A DNA stretch of 64,000 nucleotides, taken from positions 15,092 to 79,091 of the forward strand of contig JBGATK010000002.1 of the NCBI GenBank assembly GCA_044229265.1, read 5' to 3'. Below, in pieces: positions 45,418 through 54,193 of the stretch. The stretch comes from Minisyncoccia bacterium (lineage in GTDB: Bacteria; Patescibacteriota; Minisyncoccia; Phycocordibacterales; UBA9973). Positions within the stretch are counted from its first letter, which is position 1. Each line of letters opens with the position of its first letter. A program made the position numbers and the translations under genes. The notes beneath the pieces were generated by a model, which did no database searches, was not told the origin of the DNA, and saw nothing but the letters and a program-made list of their open reading frames with translations.

Positions 45418-46653
45418 ATGAATAAAAAACTTTGGTTTTTGTTTTTGACAATTTTTATAGACATGCTTGGAATTGGGATTTTGATTCCAGTTATTCCTCA
45501 GCTACTCGGTGAGCCTTCTTCACCATATTATCTGCTTGGAGCAGGTCAAGGGGATCTCGGTTTTTTGCTTCTTGGTATACTCATGGCGCTTTATCCACTC
45601 GCGACTTTTTTTATGGCGCCAGTACTCGGAGCACTCTCTGATAAATATGGACGTAAGCCAGTATTATTTATTTCCATTCTAGGCACTGCTATTTCGTATT
45701 TTGTTTTTGCTTATGCAATTCTTACCAAAAATATCGCACTTCTTTTTATTTCGAGATTAGTCGATGGCATAACAGGAGGTAATATCTCTGTAGCTCAAGC
45801 CGCTATAGCTGATTCGGCTGAGCCACAAAATCGGGCAAAAGTTTTCGGTATGATAGGCGCAGCTTTTGGTTTTGGTTTTATATTTGGGCCATTTTTAGGA
45901 GGTATACTTTCTACTCCTACTATTCTTCCGTTCTTTAATGCATCGACTCCATTTATTTTTGCTGGTATTTTGTCTTCTATTAATGCTATATCTATTTATT
46001 TTTTCTTCAAAGAAAGTATTAAAGAAAAAGATACAGAGAGAAAGATAGACCCACTGTCTTCTTTTAAAAATATTCTAAAAGCCCAAAAATTCTCAAAAGA
46101 AATTCGTTATTTATTTTTGTGTTCGTTTTTATTTAATGTCGGCTCTTCTTTCTTTTATTCATTTTTCAATGTTTATCTCACGAATAAATTTTCTTTCTCT
46201 CCAGCAGAGATAGGGAACTTTTTTGCTTATGTTGGGGTGTGGATCATCATAACTCAAGTCGTGGTGGTGCGACATTTTGCCAAGAAATATAAAGAAGTAG
46301 ATATCATAGGTTATGCATATATTTTTAATGCAATAGGAGTACTGCTCTATTTATTGCCATCGAATCCTTGGTATTTACTACTCATTGTGCCACTTGCTTC
46401 TATCCCAAATGGCCTGCAAATGGCGAATTTCTCTAGTTTCCTTTCCAAAGAAACTCCAGAAAAAATGCGTGGGGAAGTCATGGGTGTTTCTTCTTCTGTC
46501 GCATCTCTTGGTCAATCTTTTCCGCCAATACTAGCTGGACTTATAGCCGCTATCACAGCTTCTTATGTGCCAATTATTTTTGGGGCTATTGTTGTTTTTT
46601 CTGCTGGTATAATATTTATCTATAAAATAAGAAATAATCTCGCTAAACACTAG
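45418..46653 (+). CDS. MFS transporter (DHA/tetracycline-efflux-like)
   Basis: 12 TM; LSDKYGRKPVL MFS motif A. Confidence 0.7.
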   Translation: MNKKLWFLFLTIFIDMLGIGILIPVIPQLLGEPSSPYYLLGAGQGDLGFLLLGILMALYPLATFFMAPVLGALSDKYGRKPVLFISILGTAISYFVFAYAILTKNIALLFISRLVDGITGGNISVAQAAIADSAEPQNRAKVFGMIGAAFGFGFIFGPFLGGILSTPTILPFFNASTPFIFAGILSSINAISIYFFFKESIKEKDTERKIDPLSSFKNILKAQKFSKEIRYLFLCSFLFNVGSSFFYSFFNVYLTNKFSFSPAEIGNFFAYVGVWIIITQVVVVRHFAKKYKEVDIIGYAYIFNAIGVLLYLLPSNPWYLLLIVPLASIPNGLQMANFSSFLSKETPEKMRGEVMGVSSSVASLGQSFPPILAGLIAAITASYVPIIFGAIVVFSAGIIFIYKIRNNLAKH

Positions 46654-46687
46654 TATTTTTTATTGTTTGTTTTTTCTAATTAAAGGT

Positions 46688-46693
46688 TATAAT
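46688..46693 (+). promoter_or_regulatory. -10 TATAAT 6 nt upstream of ATG 46700 (leaderless murE)
   Basis: TATAAT-actaat-ATG. Confidence 0.45.
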
Positions 46694-46699
46694 ACTAAT

Positions 46700-47941
46700 A
46701 TGCAGAATTTGATAAAAAGCATTGATCAAAAACTCAAACTAAAAAGGCGAATAATTGCTAAATTAGCAGCACTTCATTTTTATGGTAATCCATCGAAAGA
46801 TTTAAAAATAGTGGGCGTGACAGGCACAAATGGTAAGACCACTACGGCTACTTTGCTTTACAAAATATCTACAGCACTAGGATACAAGTCCGGCCTTATA
46901 GGCACAGTAGAGAATATTATCATAAATGAAAGGCGAGAAGCATTGCGCACTACTCCAAGCCCTATACCACTTAATAGTTTATTAAAAGAAATGTTAAGTA
47001 AAGGAGTAGAATATGTTTTTATTGAAGTCTCAAGTCATGCCTTAGATCAAGACAGAGTAGCTGGTATAAATTTTACTGGAGGCATTTTTACGAACCTCAC
47101 CCACGACCATCTCGATTATCATAAAAGCATAGAGAATTATTTTGGAGCTAAAAAGAAATTTTTCAAAATGCTTCCTGAAAATGCTTTTGCCTTATCAAAT
47201 GGCGACGATGAGCACGGAGCAATGATGCTTGAGGATATAAAAGCTAAAAAAAATATTTATGGTTTTGAGGGAGGCGAAAATTTTCACGGGGAAATTTTAA
47301 AATCAGATTTTGGTGGTTTAGAACTTAAATTCAACCGGACCAATATTCATTCCAAATTAATAGGCAGATTCAATGCCTACAATTTACTTTCCGTTTGGAG
47401 TGCATGCAAACTCCTTAATTTTAATATGCCTAAAGTAAAAAATATTTTAGAAGACATTACTCCACCAGCTGGGCGTTTTGAATATTTTATTTCTAACAAT
47501 GGTATTGTGGGAATAGTGGATTATGCTCATACACCGGACGCTCTCGAGAAAGTATTGCTCACTATTAAAGACATAAAAAGTGAAGGATCTAGAATTATTT
47601 CTGTATTTGGTTGTGGAGGGGACAGGGATCCTATGAAGCGTAGAGTTATGGGAAAAGTAGGAGCTACATTTTCTGATATTTCTATTTTTACTACAGATAA
47701 TCCTCGTAGCGAAGATCCAGAAAAAATTATCTCGGAAATGAAAACCGATGTATCGATGGAAGAATTAAAAAGAGTTCAAGTTTACACAGACCGCAGAATA
47801 GCAATTGAAAAAGCTATAGCTCAGGCTAAAGCCGGCGACATAGTCCTCGTAGCTGGTAAAGGCCACGAAACTTATCAAGAAATCTCTGGCACAAAATATC
47901 ACTTCAACGACATGGAAGAGTTAAAAAAATTTCTTAAATAA
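46700..47941 (+). CDS. murE: UDP-N-acetylmuramoyl-L-alanyl-D-glutamate--2,6-diaminopimelate ligase MurE
   Basis: VTGTNGKTTTA P-loop, DYAHTPDALEK, GGDRD and DNPR (meso-DAP-recognition) motifs; ORF-track start 46667 lies upstream of the -10 box. Confidence 0.85.
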   Translation: MQNLIKSIDQKLKLKRRIIAKLAALHFYGNPSKDLKIVGVTGTNGKTTTATLLYKISTALGYKSGLIGTVENIIINERREALRTTPSPIPLNSLLKEMLSKGVEYVFIEVSSHALDQDRVAGINFTGGIFTNLTHDHLDYHKSIENYFGAKKKFFKMLPENAFALSNGDDEHGAMMLEDIKAKKNIYGFEGGENFHGEILKSDFGGLELKFNRTNIHSKLIGRFNAYNLLSVWSACKLLNFNMPKVKNILEDITPPAGRFEYFISNNGIVGIVDYAHTPDALEKVLLTIKDIKSEGSRIISVFGCGGDRDPMKRRVMGKVGATFSDISIFTTDNPRSEDPEKIISEMKTDVSMEELKRVQVYTDRRIAIEKAIAQAKAGDIVLVAGKGHETYQEISGTKYHFNDMEELKKFLK

Positions 47942-47942
47942 A

Positions 47943-48245
47943 ATGATTTATTATGTTCTTGGTATTTTTGTAGGGTATTTTTTCTGGAAGTTTTTTGCGG
48001 GTAAAAAAGAAGGAGATAAAAAAGAAAGATCAATTATTTTTTGTATTGGTGAATATTCTTTTCATATACATCATTGGATATTTTCTTTAGTTTTATTGGT
48101 AGTATTTTTTGTATTAGATATTACATCAAGTCTTTTGTTTGGAATTTTAATAGGAAGTATCATACAAGGCCTTTCATACAAAGATCGTTTTTTATTTTTT
48201 TATAAAACTAGAGATTACGAAAAAATTTATAAGAAATTTAAATAA
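47943..48245 (+). CDS. small hypothetical membrane protein
   Basis: 100 aa, 2-3 TM. Confidence 0.35.
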   Translation: MIYYVLGIFVGYFFWKFFAGKKEGDKKERSIIFCIGEYSFHIHHWIFSLVLLVVFFVLDITSSLLFGILIGSIIQGLSYKDRFLFFYKTRDYEKIYKKFK

Positions 48246-48246
48246 T

Positions 48247-50928
48247 TTATTTAGGAAAATACTTAGATACTAAGTTTGGGATAGATTCAGTCAGTCCAAA
48301 GAGAGAGCCGGAGGTGACTAGGGCTATTAGGTCTCCAAGCTTTAGAGTGTTTTTTAAAATTTCTAAGGCTTCGCCTTCATCTTTCGGCGCATATACATTT
48401 TCACCTTTATGCTCTTTTACTATTTTTACTATGTCTTCTTGACTCATTTGATTGTGAGTATTTGCTCCATGCCCTGGTGGGGGAAGTATGAGGACTATAT
48501 TTGATGAATCGAAAACGTCATTGTACCAAGCTTTTGCTTGTTCATTGCGCCAAGAAAATGTGTGCGGTTCGAATACTGTGATAAGTCTTTTATTTGGGTA
48601 GTGGAGCGAAAGTGCCTCGAAGACGGATTTAGCTTTTGCATATGAAGAGCCAAAGCCCTCGTACACGAGGACGCTAGACTTTGCAGGTTTTAGGTCGAGT
48701 CTGCCAGATAGGCCTTTAAAGTTCTTAATAGCTTTTTGGAGTTCTGCTACACTTACTAATTTTTTTTCAAGTACAAAAGCAGAGGCGCCGATAATGTTTT
48801 CGATATTATGCCGGCCAAGCATTGAAGTTTGAAGTGAAATTATTTTTTTATTTTTATTATACAAATCAAAAGTAGTATTCATGCTGTAAACAATATTTTT
48901 AACATGATAAGAATTTACTTCATGCATACCGTAATATACAACTTTACTCTTAGACTTTTTGGCAATACTCATTACATTTTTGCCATCTTTGCATGCTACA
49001 AGCAAACCGTCCTTTGGAAGTAATTTAACAAATTTTTCAAATGGTGCTATGTAGTTTTCCTCAGTAGGGAAGACATTTATGTGGTCATGCTCGCCAGAAG
49101 TTAATACTGCATTTGTCGGATTCATATATTGCATTTTAGAAGTACTATCCCAATTTGCTGATGGATATTCATCGCCTTCAAGGATAAAATTTTTACCTTT
49201 GCCTAGGAATGCATTTTGTTTGAAACCTAGAGGTACTGCTCCTATAAAATACGAAGGGTCCTTTTTAGCTTCTTTTAAAATGTGAGCGATAAGGGAAGTC
49301 ATTGTGCTTTTACCAAAGCTACCGACTACAACAGTATTTTCTTTGCCACCGAGTAAGTCCCCAATAGCTTCTGGGAGGGATTTGATAGGTATGCCTGAGG
49401 CGAAGGCTTGCTTTACTTCAGGATTTGTTTCTGGTACGAGTTTAGCGTGTTTACCGATGATTATAAAGTCTGCATCAGCGGGAATATTCTCCGTTTTGTG
49501 TGGAGTAGTGATTTTGATTTTATTTTTCTTGAGGAGTCCCGCCACTGGTTCATAAAATCCTTCGTCTGATCCAGACACAATGTAGCCTTTTTGCTTTAGC
49601 ATAATAGCCAAACCTGACATACCTTTGCCACAGATGCCTATAAGGTGAACTTTTCTACAGGTGTTGGACACCTGACCCAGGTGTCCAACACCTGTAGTCT
49701 TTCTTTCTTCGTATTTAGTTGCATAGTTTTGATAAAGTAAAACATCTTTGATGGCTAGCAAGGCTTCGCCAAACAATGTTTTTTCATATTTCTTTAAATC
49801 AACTTTCTCACCAAGTATCATATCTAGTGCGTGTAGTCCTAGGTGGCTGGAAAATCCACCTGTAGTCAGGGCACCAACTGGAGAATTCTTGATTATATTT
49901 TTAAAAACAGGGATTTTTGAAAATTTTTCTTTGTACTGTGGCAAGTATTCTACTTGAGCAAAACTTCCACAGCAGAGAAACTCATTCATAAATGCAAATA
50001 TTAAAAAACCTAGTGGTAAACCTATGCAAAGGGAATTCTTTTCAAGTTCATGAATTAAATTTTCTTTACTTAAGACTATTTTATTTTTATTGCTTTGTAG
50101 TGCGCCCATTTTCAAGTAGTAGTTTTCTATGCTAGGGTATTTCCCTTTACTTCGGCCGTAAAAAAATACTTCACCCTTGAATAAATCTTCGATTAAGGTA
50201 AGGTTTTGTTTTTCAAACAGTAGCTTTGTAATTGGATGTGAGATGTCTTTAAGGGCGAGTAGTAAATAATTCTTGGCTACTTCATTGAAGTCAAAGAATA
50301 CAGGGGAGCCGTGCAAAAAATTGCCTTCAATTTTTTGCACGGCTTTTATTGCCCACATAGTATAACTCTCTCCCGCGGTAGCTTTGGGTAAAAGCTTTTT
50401 AATTTTTGGGTCGAGATTCTCAATATTTTTGACCATGGCGGTGGGTATGGTGCTTTGATATACGAGGTCGTCTTGCAAGGCAGAAGGCACGAGGTTGATA
50501 TTGCCACTTTTCAGTAATAGGCGCCCTGGTCTAGTCTTATTTGAAAAAGGTAATCCAGAAAACATAGCGAGTAGATAAGGCTCATCTTTTTTTAGAGACA
50601 GGGAATGTAGATAGCTTATAAAAAAGAATCTAGGAGTTTGGGTTATTGCAGTGTGCCCAACACTCTGCAAGTTGCGATGAGTTTCAAGATACTTAAATAT
50701 TTTACTTTGCTTTGGTTTAGGGAGCCCAAGCCGAGAGAATTCTGTAGCAAGTGCTTTTATAAATATAGACTCAAGTGGCTTTGTTGGTTTAAAAGAATGA
50801 AGTTTCGCTGAGTATTCGAGCAGGGAAAGATCCCAATTTGCCTCAATGTGATTTGCCAAAAGTGTTTTACCAGAGTTTTTAAGCTCTAAAATCAGCGTCG
50901 CAAGCTCATTTTTAAGGATATTTTGCAT
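48247..50928 (-). CDS. murC: 893-aa ORF: unknown ~430-aa N-terminal domain fused (or read through) to a complete UDP-N-acetylmuramate--L-alanine ligase (MurC/Mpl-type Mur ligase)
   Basis: C-terminal half starts RKVHLIGICGKGMSGLAIML (MurC N-terminus) and carries Mur ligase central and C-terminal domains; junction encoded by a perfect palindrome 49655-49697. Confidence 0.7.
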   Translation of the reverse strand: MQNILKNELATLILELKNSGKTLLANHIEANWDLSLLEYSAKLHSFKPTKPLESIFIKALATEFSRLGLPKPKQSKIFKYLETHRNLQSVGHTAITQTPRFFFISYLHSLSLKKDEPYLLAMFSGLPFSNKTRPGRLLLKSGNINLVPSALQDDLVYQSTIPTAMVKNIENLDPKIKKLLPKATAGESYTMWAIKAVQKIEGNFLHGSPVFFDFNEVAKNYLLLALKDISHPITKLLFEKQNLTLIEDLFKGEVFFYGRSKGKYPSIENYYLKMGALQSNKNKIVLSKENLIHELEKNSLCIGLPLGFLIFAFMNEFLCCGSFAQVEYLPQYKEKFSKIPVFKNIIKNSPVGALTTGGFSSHLGLHALDMILGEKVDLKKYEKTLFGEALLAIKDVLLYQNYATKYEERKTTGVGHLGQVSNTCRKVHLIGICGKGMSGLAIMLKQKGYIVSGSDEGFYEPVAGLLKKNKIKITTPHKTENIPADADFIIIGKHAKLVPETNPEVKQAFASGIPIKSLPEAIGDLLGGKENTVVVGSFGKSTMTSLIAHILKEAKKDPSYFIGAVPLGFKQNAFLGKGKNFILEGDEYPSANWDSTSKMQYMNPTNAVLTSGEHDHINVFPTEENYIAPFEKFVKLLPKDGLLVACKDGKNVMSIAKKSKSKVVYYGMHEVNSYHVKNIVYSMNTTFDLYNKNKKIISLQTSMLGRHNIENIIGASAFVLEKKLVSVAELQKAIKNFKGLSGRLDLKPAKSSVLVYEGFGSSYAKAKSVFEALSLHYPNKRLITVFEPHTFSWRNEQAKAWYNDVFDSSNIVLILPPPGHGANTHNQMSQEDIVKIVKEHKGENVYAPKDEGEALEILKNTLKLGDLIALVTSGSLFGLTESIPNLVSKYFPK
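49655..49697. repeat. perfect inverted repeat (20-bp arms, 3-bp spacer) inside the ORF at the N-domain/MurC junction
   Basis: ctacaggtgttggacacctg-acc-caggtgtccaacacctgtag; GC-rich relative to genome. Confidence 0.9.
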
Positions 50929-51187
50929 TACTTTATACTACTTCTAAATGAGGTTTTTAGCAAATAGTCTTTTTGTTATCCACATAAGAAAATTAAGCAA
51001 TTTATATAGATATTAGTCAAGTCAGTATTGTGAAAATAACCTTATTTTACAAGCTATTTTTGATTTGACAACTCAAAAAAATATGGCATAACTATTGACT
51101 TTTAGGTTCCAATATGCTATCATGTTAGTAAGTCGTTAAGTTATATGCCTAAATTCATTTTAAGCTTATAAATTAAGGGCTTTTTAA

Positions 51188-51227
51188 TTCCGACGTAAAG
51201 TCGGAACCCCTGACCAGAGCGTCGGGG
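51188..51227. repeat. GC-rich palindromic element, copy 3 (degenerate, two tandem CCGAC/GTCGG hairpins)
   Basis: ttccgac-gtaaa-gtcggaa then cccc(t)gac...gtcgggg. Confidence 0.55.
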
Positions 51228-51236
51228 TTTACAGTC

Positions 51237-51911
51237 TTGAAGTTGGTGAAGCTAAATCACCGTGTTATGCAAAAAAACATAAGTATGCGTTTCGTGAATT
51301 CTCTTTTACTACTACCTTTGGTTACATTATCTGTACCCACCGGTACCATAGAAAAGAGCGACATCGCAGTCGAAAAGAGTTCCCAAATAGCATATACCGA
51401 AAAATTAAATATTCCTTCATTAGGTTTCTTTTCTGATAATATAGAAGAAAAATCTGAAGAAGAAAAAATATTAGAAATAAAAGCAGCCGCGATCGACAAA
51501 TACTTTGCTGATCGCTCTCTCCCACTAGAAGGGTATGGTCGAAAAATGGTTCTAGAAGCAGAAGAAAATGACATTGATTGGCGTTTACTTCCTGCAATAG
51601 CTATGCGTGAATCTACTGGCGGAAAGTTTGCCTGTGGAAATAAGCTTTCATCAGAATGGAACCCTTGGGGTTGGAATTCATGTAAAGGTAAAGGATTTTC
51701 TTCGATGGAAGAATCTATAGAAAAAATGGCACAGCATTTGGGCGGTAATCATCCAAAGACAAAGCAGTGGTACGCAGATAAGACAACAGTTCAAATTTTG
51801 CGTACATATAATCCTCCTAGTGTCGTAGCCAAGTATGCAGACCAAGTTGTAAAGATTATGAATACAATTGGTGAGCAAAATATAGAAATAAAAGAAATTA
51901 AAAATTCTTAA
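51237..51911 (+). CDS. hypothetical secreted protein (Cys-containing C-terminal domain)
   Basis: hydrophobic N-terminal segment; C-terminal RESTGGKFACGNKLSSEWNPWGWNSCKGKG; true start may be internal Met 51267. Confidence 0.4.
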   Translation: MKLVKLNHRVMQKNISMRFVNSLLLLPLVTLSVPTGTIEKSDIAVEKSSQIAYTEKLNIPSLGFFSDNIEEKSEEEKILEIKAAAIDKYFADRSLPLEGYGRKMVLEAEENDIDWRLLPAIAMRESTGGKFACGNKLSSEWNPWGWNSCKGKGFSSMEESIEKMAQHLGGNHPKTKQWYADKTTVQILRTYNPPSVVAKYADQVVKIMNTIGEQNIEIKEIKNS

Positions 51912-51914
51912 AAT

Positions 51915-51946
51915 AAAAAACCTCTCATACTTGAGAGGTTTTTTAT
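51915..51946. terminator. bidirectional rho-independent terminator
   Basis: acctctca-tact-tgagaggt flanked by A6 and T6. Confidence 0.75.
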
Positions 51947-51956
51947 TTATTCTTTT

Positions 51957-53063
51957 TTATTTATTGTCTACTAGGTAAGCCAATGTCATTTTGTGTTCTT
52001 TTGGTTCAAAAAGCGTAATTTGGAAGTTGTAGTTCTTTCCAAGTTCGAGTGCTTCACGTAGTTTTGAATCTCCACCTAAAGTAGAATTATGAACTAGTCC
52101 CGCTACACCTTCTTTTATAGCTACTAATGCACCGTGTTTATTGTATTTGATAACAACACCTTTTATAATATCACCTTTTTTAAGTTTACCTTCAAATTCT
52201 TTCCAAGGATTTTCCTTTAGAGCTTTGATAGAAAGAGAAATTTTACCATCTTTTATTTCGATAACTTTTGCTTTTACGTTTTCTCCAACTTTAAACATAG
52301 TTCGAGGGTCTTCTACTAGACCCCAGTCGAGCTCTGATATGTGAACTAATCCTTCCAAACCATCTTCGAGTTTAAGGAATACTCCGAAATCAACAATACC
52401 AGCTACTTCACATGAAATTTCATCGCCTAGATTGTATTTACTTAAAATTTCTTTCTTTTCTTCCGGATTGTTATCTTTTTCAGAGAAGATGAGTTTGCCT
52501 TCTTTTGGTAGTGTGGAAATAATCATAACTGAAATTTTCTCACCTATAAGTTTTTTGAGTTCTTTCAAGATTTTATCTTTATCAGAATCCATTACACGAG
52601 GGTAATGGTCAGCCTTTAGTTGAGAAGCAGGCAAAAACCCTTGTAAACCTTGCCAATCTAGGATGAGTCCGCCTTTATTTGCTTCTTTAACTTCTAGAAG
52701 AAAAACAGCTTTTGCTTTTATTGCTCGTTCTGCTTCACTCCAAGTGAGTGCAGCTTTTGCTTCTTTTAGAGATAGTTCAGTATAACCATCTGCATTTTCT
52801 GTTTCTACAACTTTTGCTTTGATGATATCACCAAGATTTATTTTCTTGATTATGTCTTTTGCATTTATAAATTCACGTCCGTAAATGATACCTGTACCAA
52901 AAGGTGATAGGTCAACATAAACTGATGATTTTAAAACAGAAATAACAGGACCTTCGACTATCGAGTCTACTTCCGGTTTGTTTTGACTTCTGTCAGCTAT
53001 TGATTTTAAGACAGGATTTTCATTTATCTCTATCTCTTCATTTTTAATTTCGTCTTTTTTCAT
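51957..53063 (-). CDS. rpsA: 30S ribosomal protein S1 (short form, four S1 domains)
   Basis: repeated S1 OB-fold modules (GDIIKAKVV...; GDEISCEVAGIVDFGVFLKL...GLVHISEL; GDIIKGVVIKYNKHGALVAI). Confidence 0.8.
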   Translation of the reverse strand: MKKDEIKNEEIEINENPVLKSIADRSQNKPEVDSIVEGPVISVLKSSVYVDLSPFGTGIIYGREFINAKDIIKKINLGDIIKAKVVETENADGYTELSLKEAKAALTWSEAERAIKAKAVFLLEVKEANKGGLILDWQGLQGFLPASQLKADHYPRVMDSDKDKILKELKKLIGEKISVMIISTLPKEGKLIFSEKDNNPEEKKEILSKYNLGDEISCEVAGIVDFGVFLKLEDGLEGLVHISELDWGLVEDPRTMFKVGENVKAKVIEIKDGKISLSIKALKENPWKEFEGKLKKGDIIKGVVIKYNKHGALVAIKEGVAGLVHNSTLGGDSKLREALELGKNYNFQITLFEPKEHKMTLAYLVDNK

Positions 53064-53321
53064 AAATTTTTAACTTAAATAAAAATATCCACTATGTATA
53101 AAACATAAGTGGATTTGAGGTTTTAGGTGCTATTTACACTCTTTCGAGCTTCATAGTGTTAGCCTAAATCCATACTTATAAATATATTTAAGTTGTATAA
53201 CCATACTACTATAATATGTGGAAAATGCAAGCCCATACACTTATTTATAAGTGTATGGGCAAGTATTTTTCTATTATTTAATGTTTTGTTTTTAATTTGT
53301 ATTCTGCTATAATAGACCATA

Positions 53322-53954
53322 ATGATAATTACATATTACGGAAAACAATTTTTTAAGATTCAGCAAGGGGAAATGGTGCTCGCTTTTAATCCTGTTTCCA
53401 AGAATTCTAAAACAGGTATTAGTGCAAAATTTGGAGCAGATATTGCTTTTTCAACAACTAACCATGCAGATTACAATGGATTTGAACAAGTAAATCACGG
53501 TGATCGTATACCATTTTCTATAGTTGGCCCTGGTGATTACGAAGTAAAAGAAATTTTTATTAAAGGATCTCTTTCAGAAGCAAATATTGATGGTAAAAAA
53601 TACATAAATACTATTTACTCACTTACTGTCGATGGTATTCGTATTGTTTTTTTAGGTGCTCTTTCGAATGCAGATTTGTCCAAAGAAGCTAAAGAAGACA
53701 TAAATGAACCAGACATACTTTTTATACCTGCTCAAGGTGAGGGTGGCAATGTGCTTAAAGCTGTGGATTCAGCAAAGCTTGCTTCAAGTTTGGAGCCAAA
53801 GCTGGTAATACCGATGGATTACACTGAAAGTTCACTTAAAATTTTTCTAAAAGAAATGGGCGAAGAAAAAGTAGAAAAAGTGGATAAATTAACATTAAAA
53901 AGAAAAGATTTAGATGGCAAAGAAGGAGAAGTTATGGTTTTAGAAGCAATATAA
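53322..53954 (+). CDS. MBL-fold metallo-hydrolase (Lactamase_B_3 / UlaG-like)
   Basis: MIITYYGKQFFKIQ...LAFNP start typical of this family; TATAAT 8 nt upstream of ATG. Confidence 0.55.
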   Translation: MIITYYGKQFFKIQQGEMVLAFNPVSKNSKTGISAKFGADIAFSTTNHADYNGFEQVNHGDRIPFSIVGPGDYEVKEIFIKGSLSEANIDGKKYINTIYSLTVDGIRIVFLGALSNADLSKEAKEDINEPDILFIPAQGEGGNVLKAVDSAKLASSLEPKLVIPMDYTESSLKIFLKEMGEEKVEKVDKLTLKRKDLDGKEGEVMVLEAI

Positions 53955-53957
53955 AAT

Positions 53958-54182
53958 ATGTTAAATATTATTGAAAATTTAAAAAAAGAACCGGAACATG
54001 TAAGAAAGAAAATTTTGCATTTAGTGCTTATAATTTTCGCAATTATTTTGATTCTACTTTGGGGTTTGGTTTTAAAATCGAGATTTTCGAGTCAAGAGTT
54101 TAGTGATAGTTTAAAAGAAGATACAAAACCTTTCAATACACTTACAGATGGTTTGAGTAATAATTTAAGTACAGAAAATTAA
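53958..54182 (+). CDS. small membrane protein
   Basis: 74 aa, one TM. Confidence 0.3.
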   Translation: MLNIIENLKKEPEHVRKKILHLVLIIFAIILILLWGLVLKSRFSSQEFSDSLKEDTKPFNTLTDGLSNNLSTEN

Positions 54183-54193
54183 TTTAAAATTTT

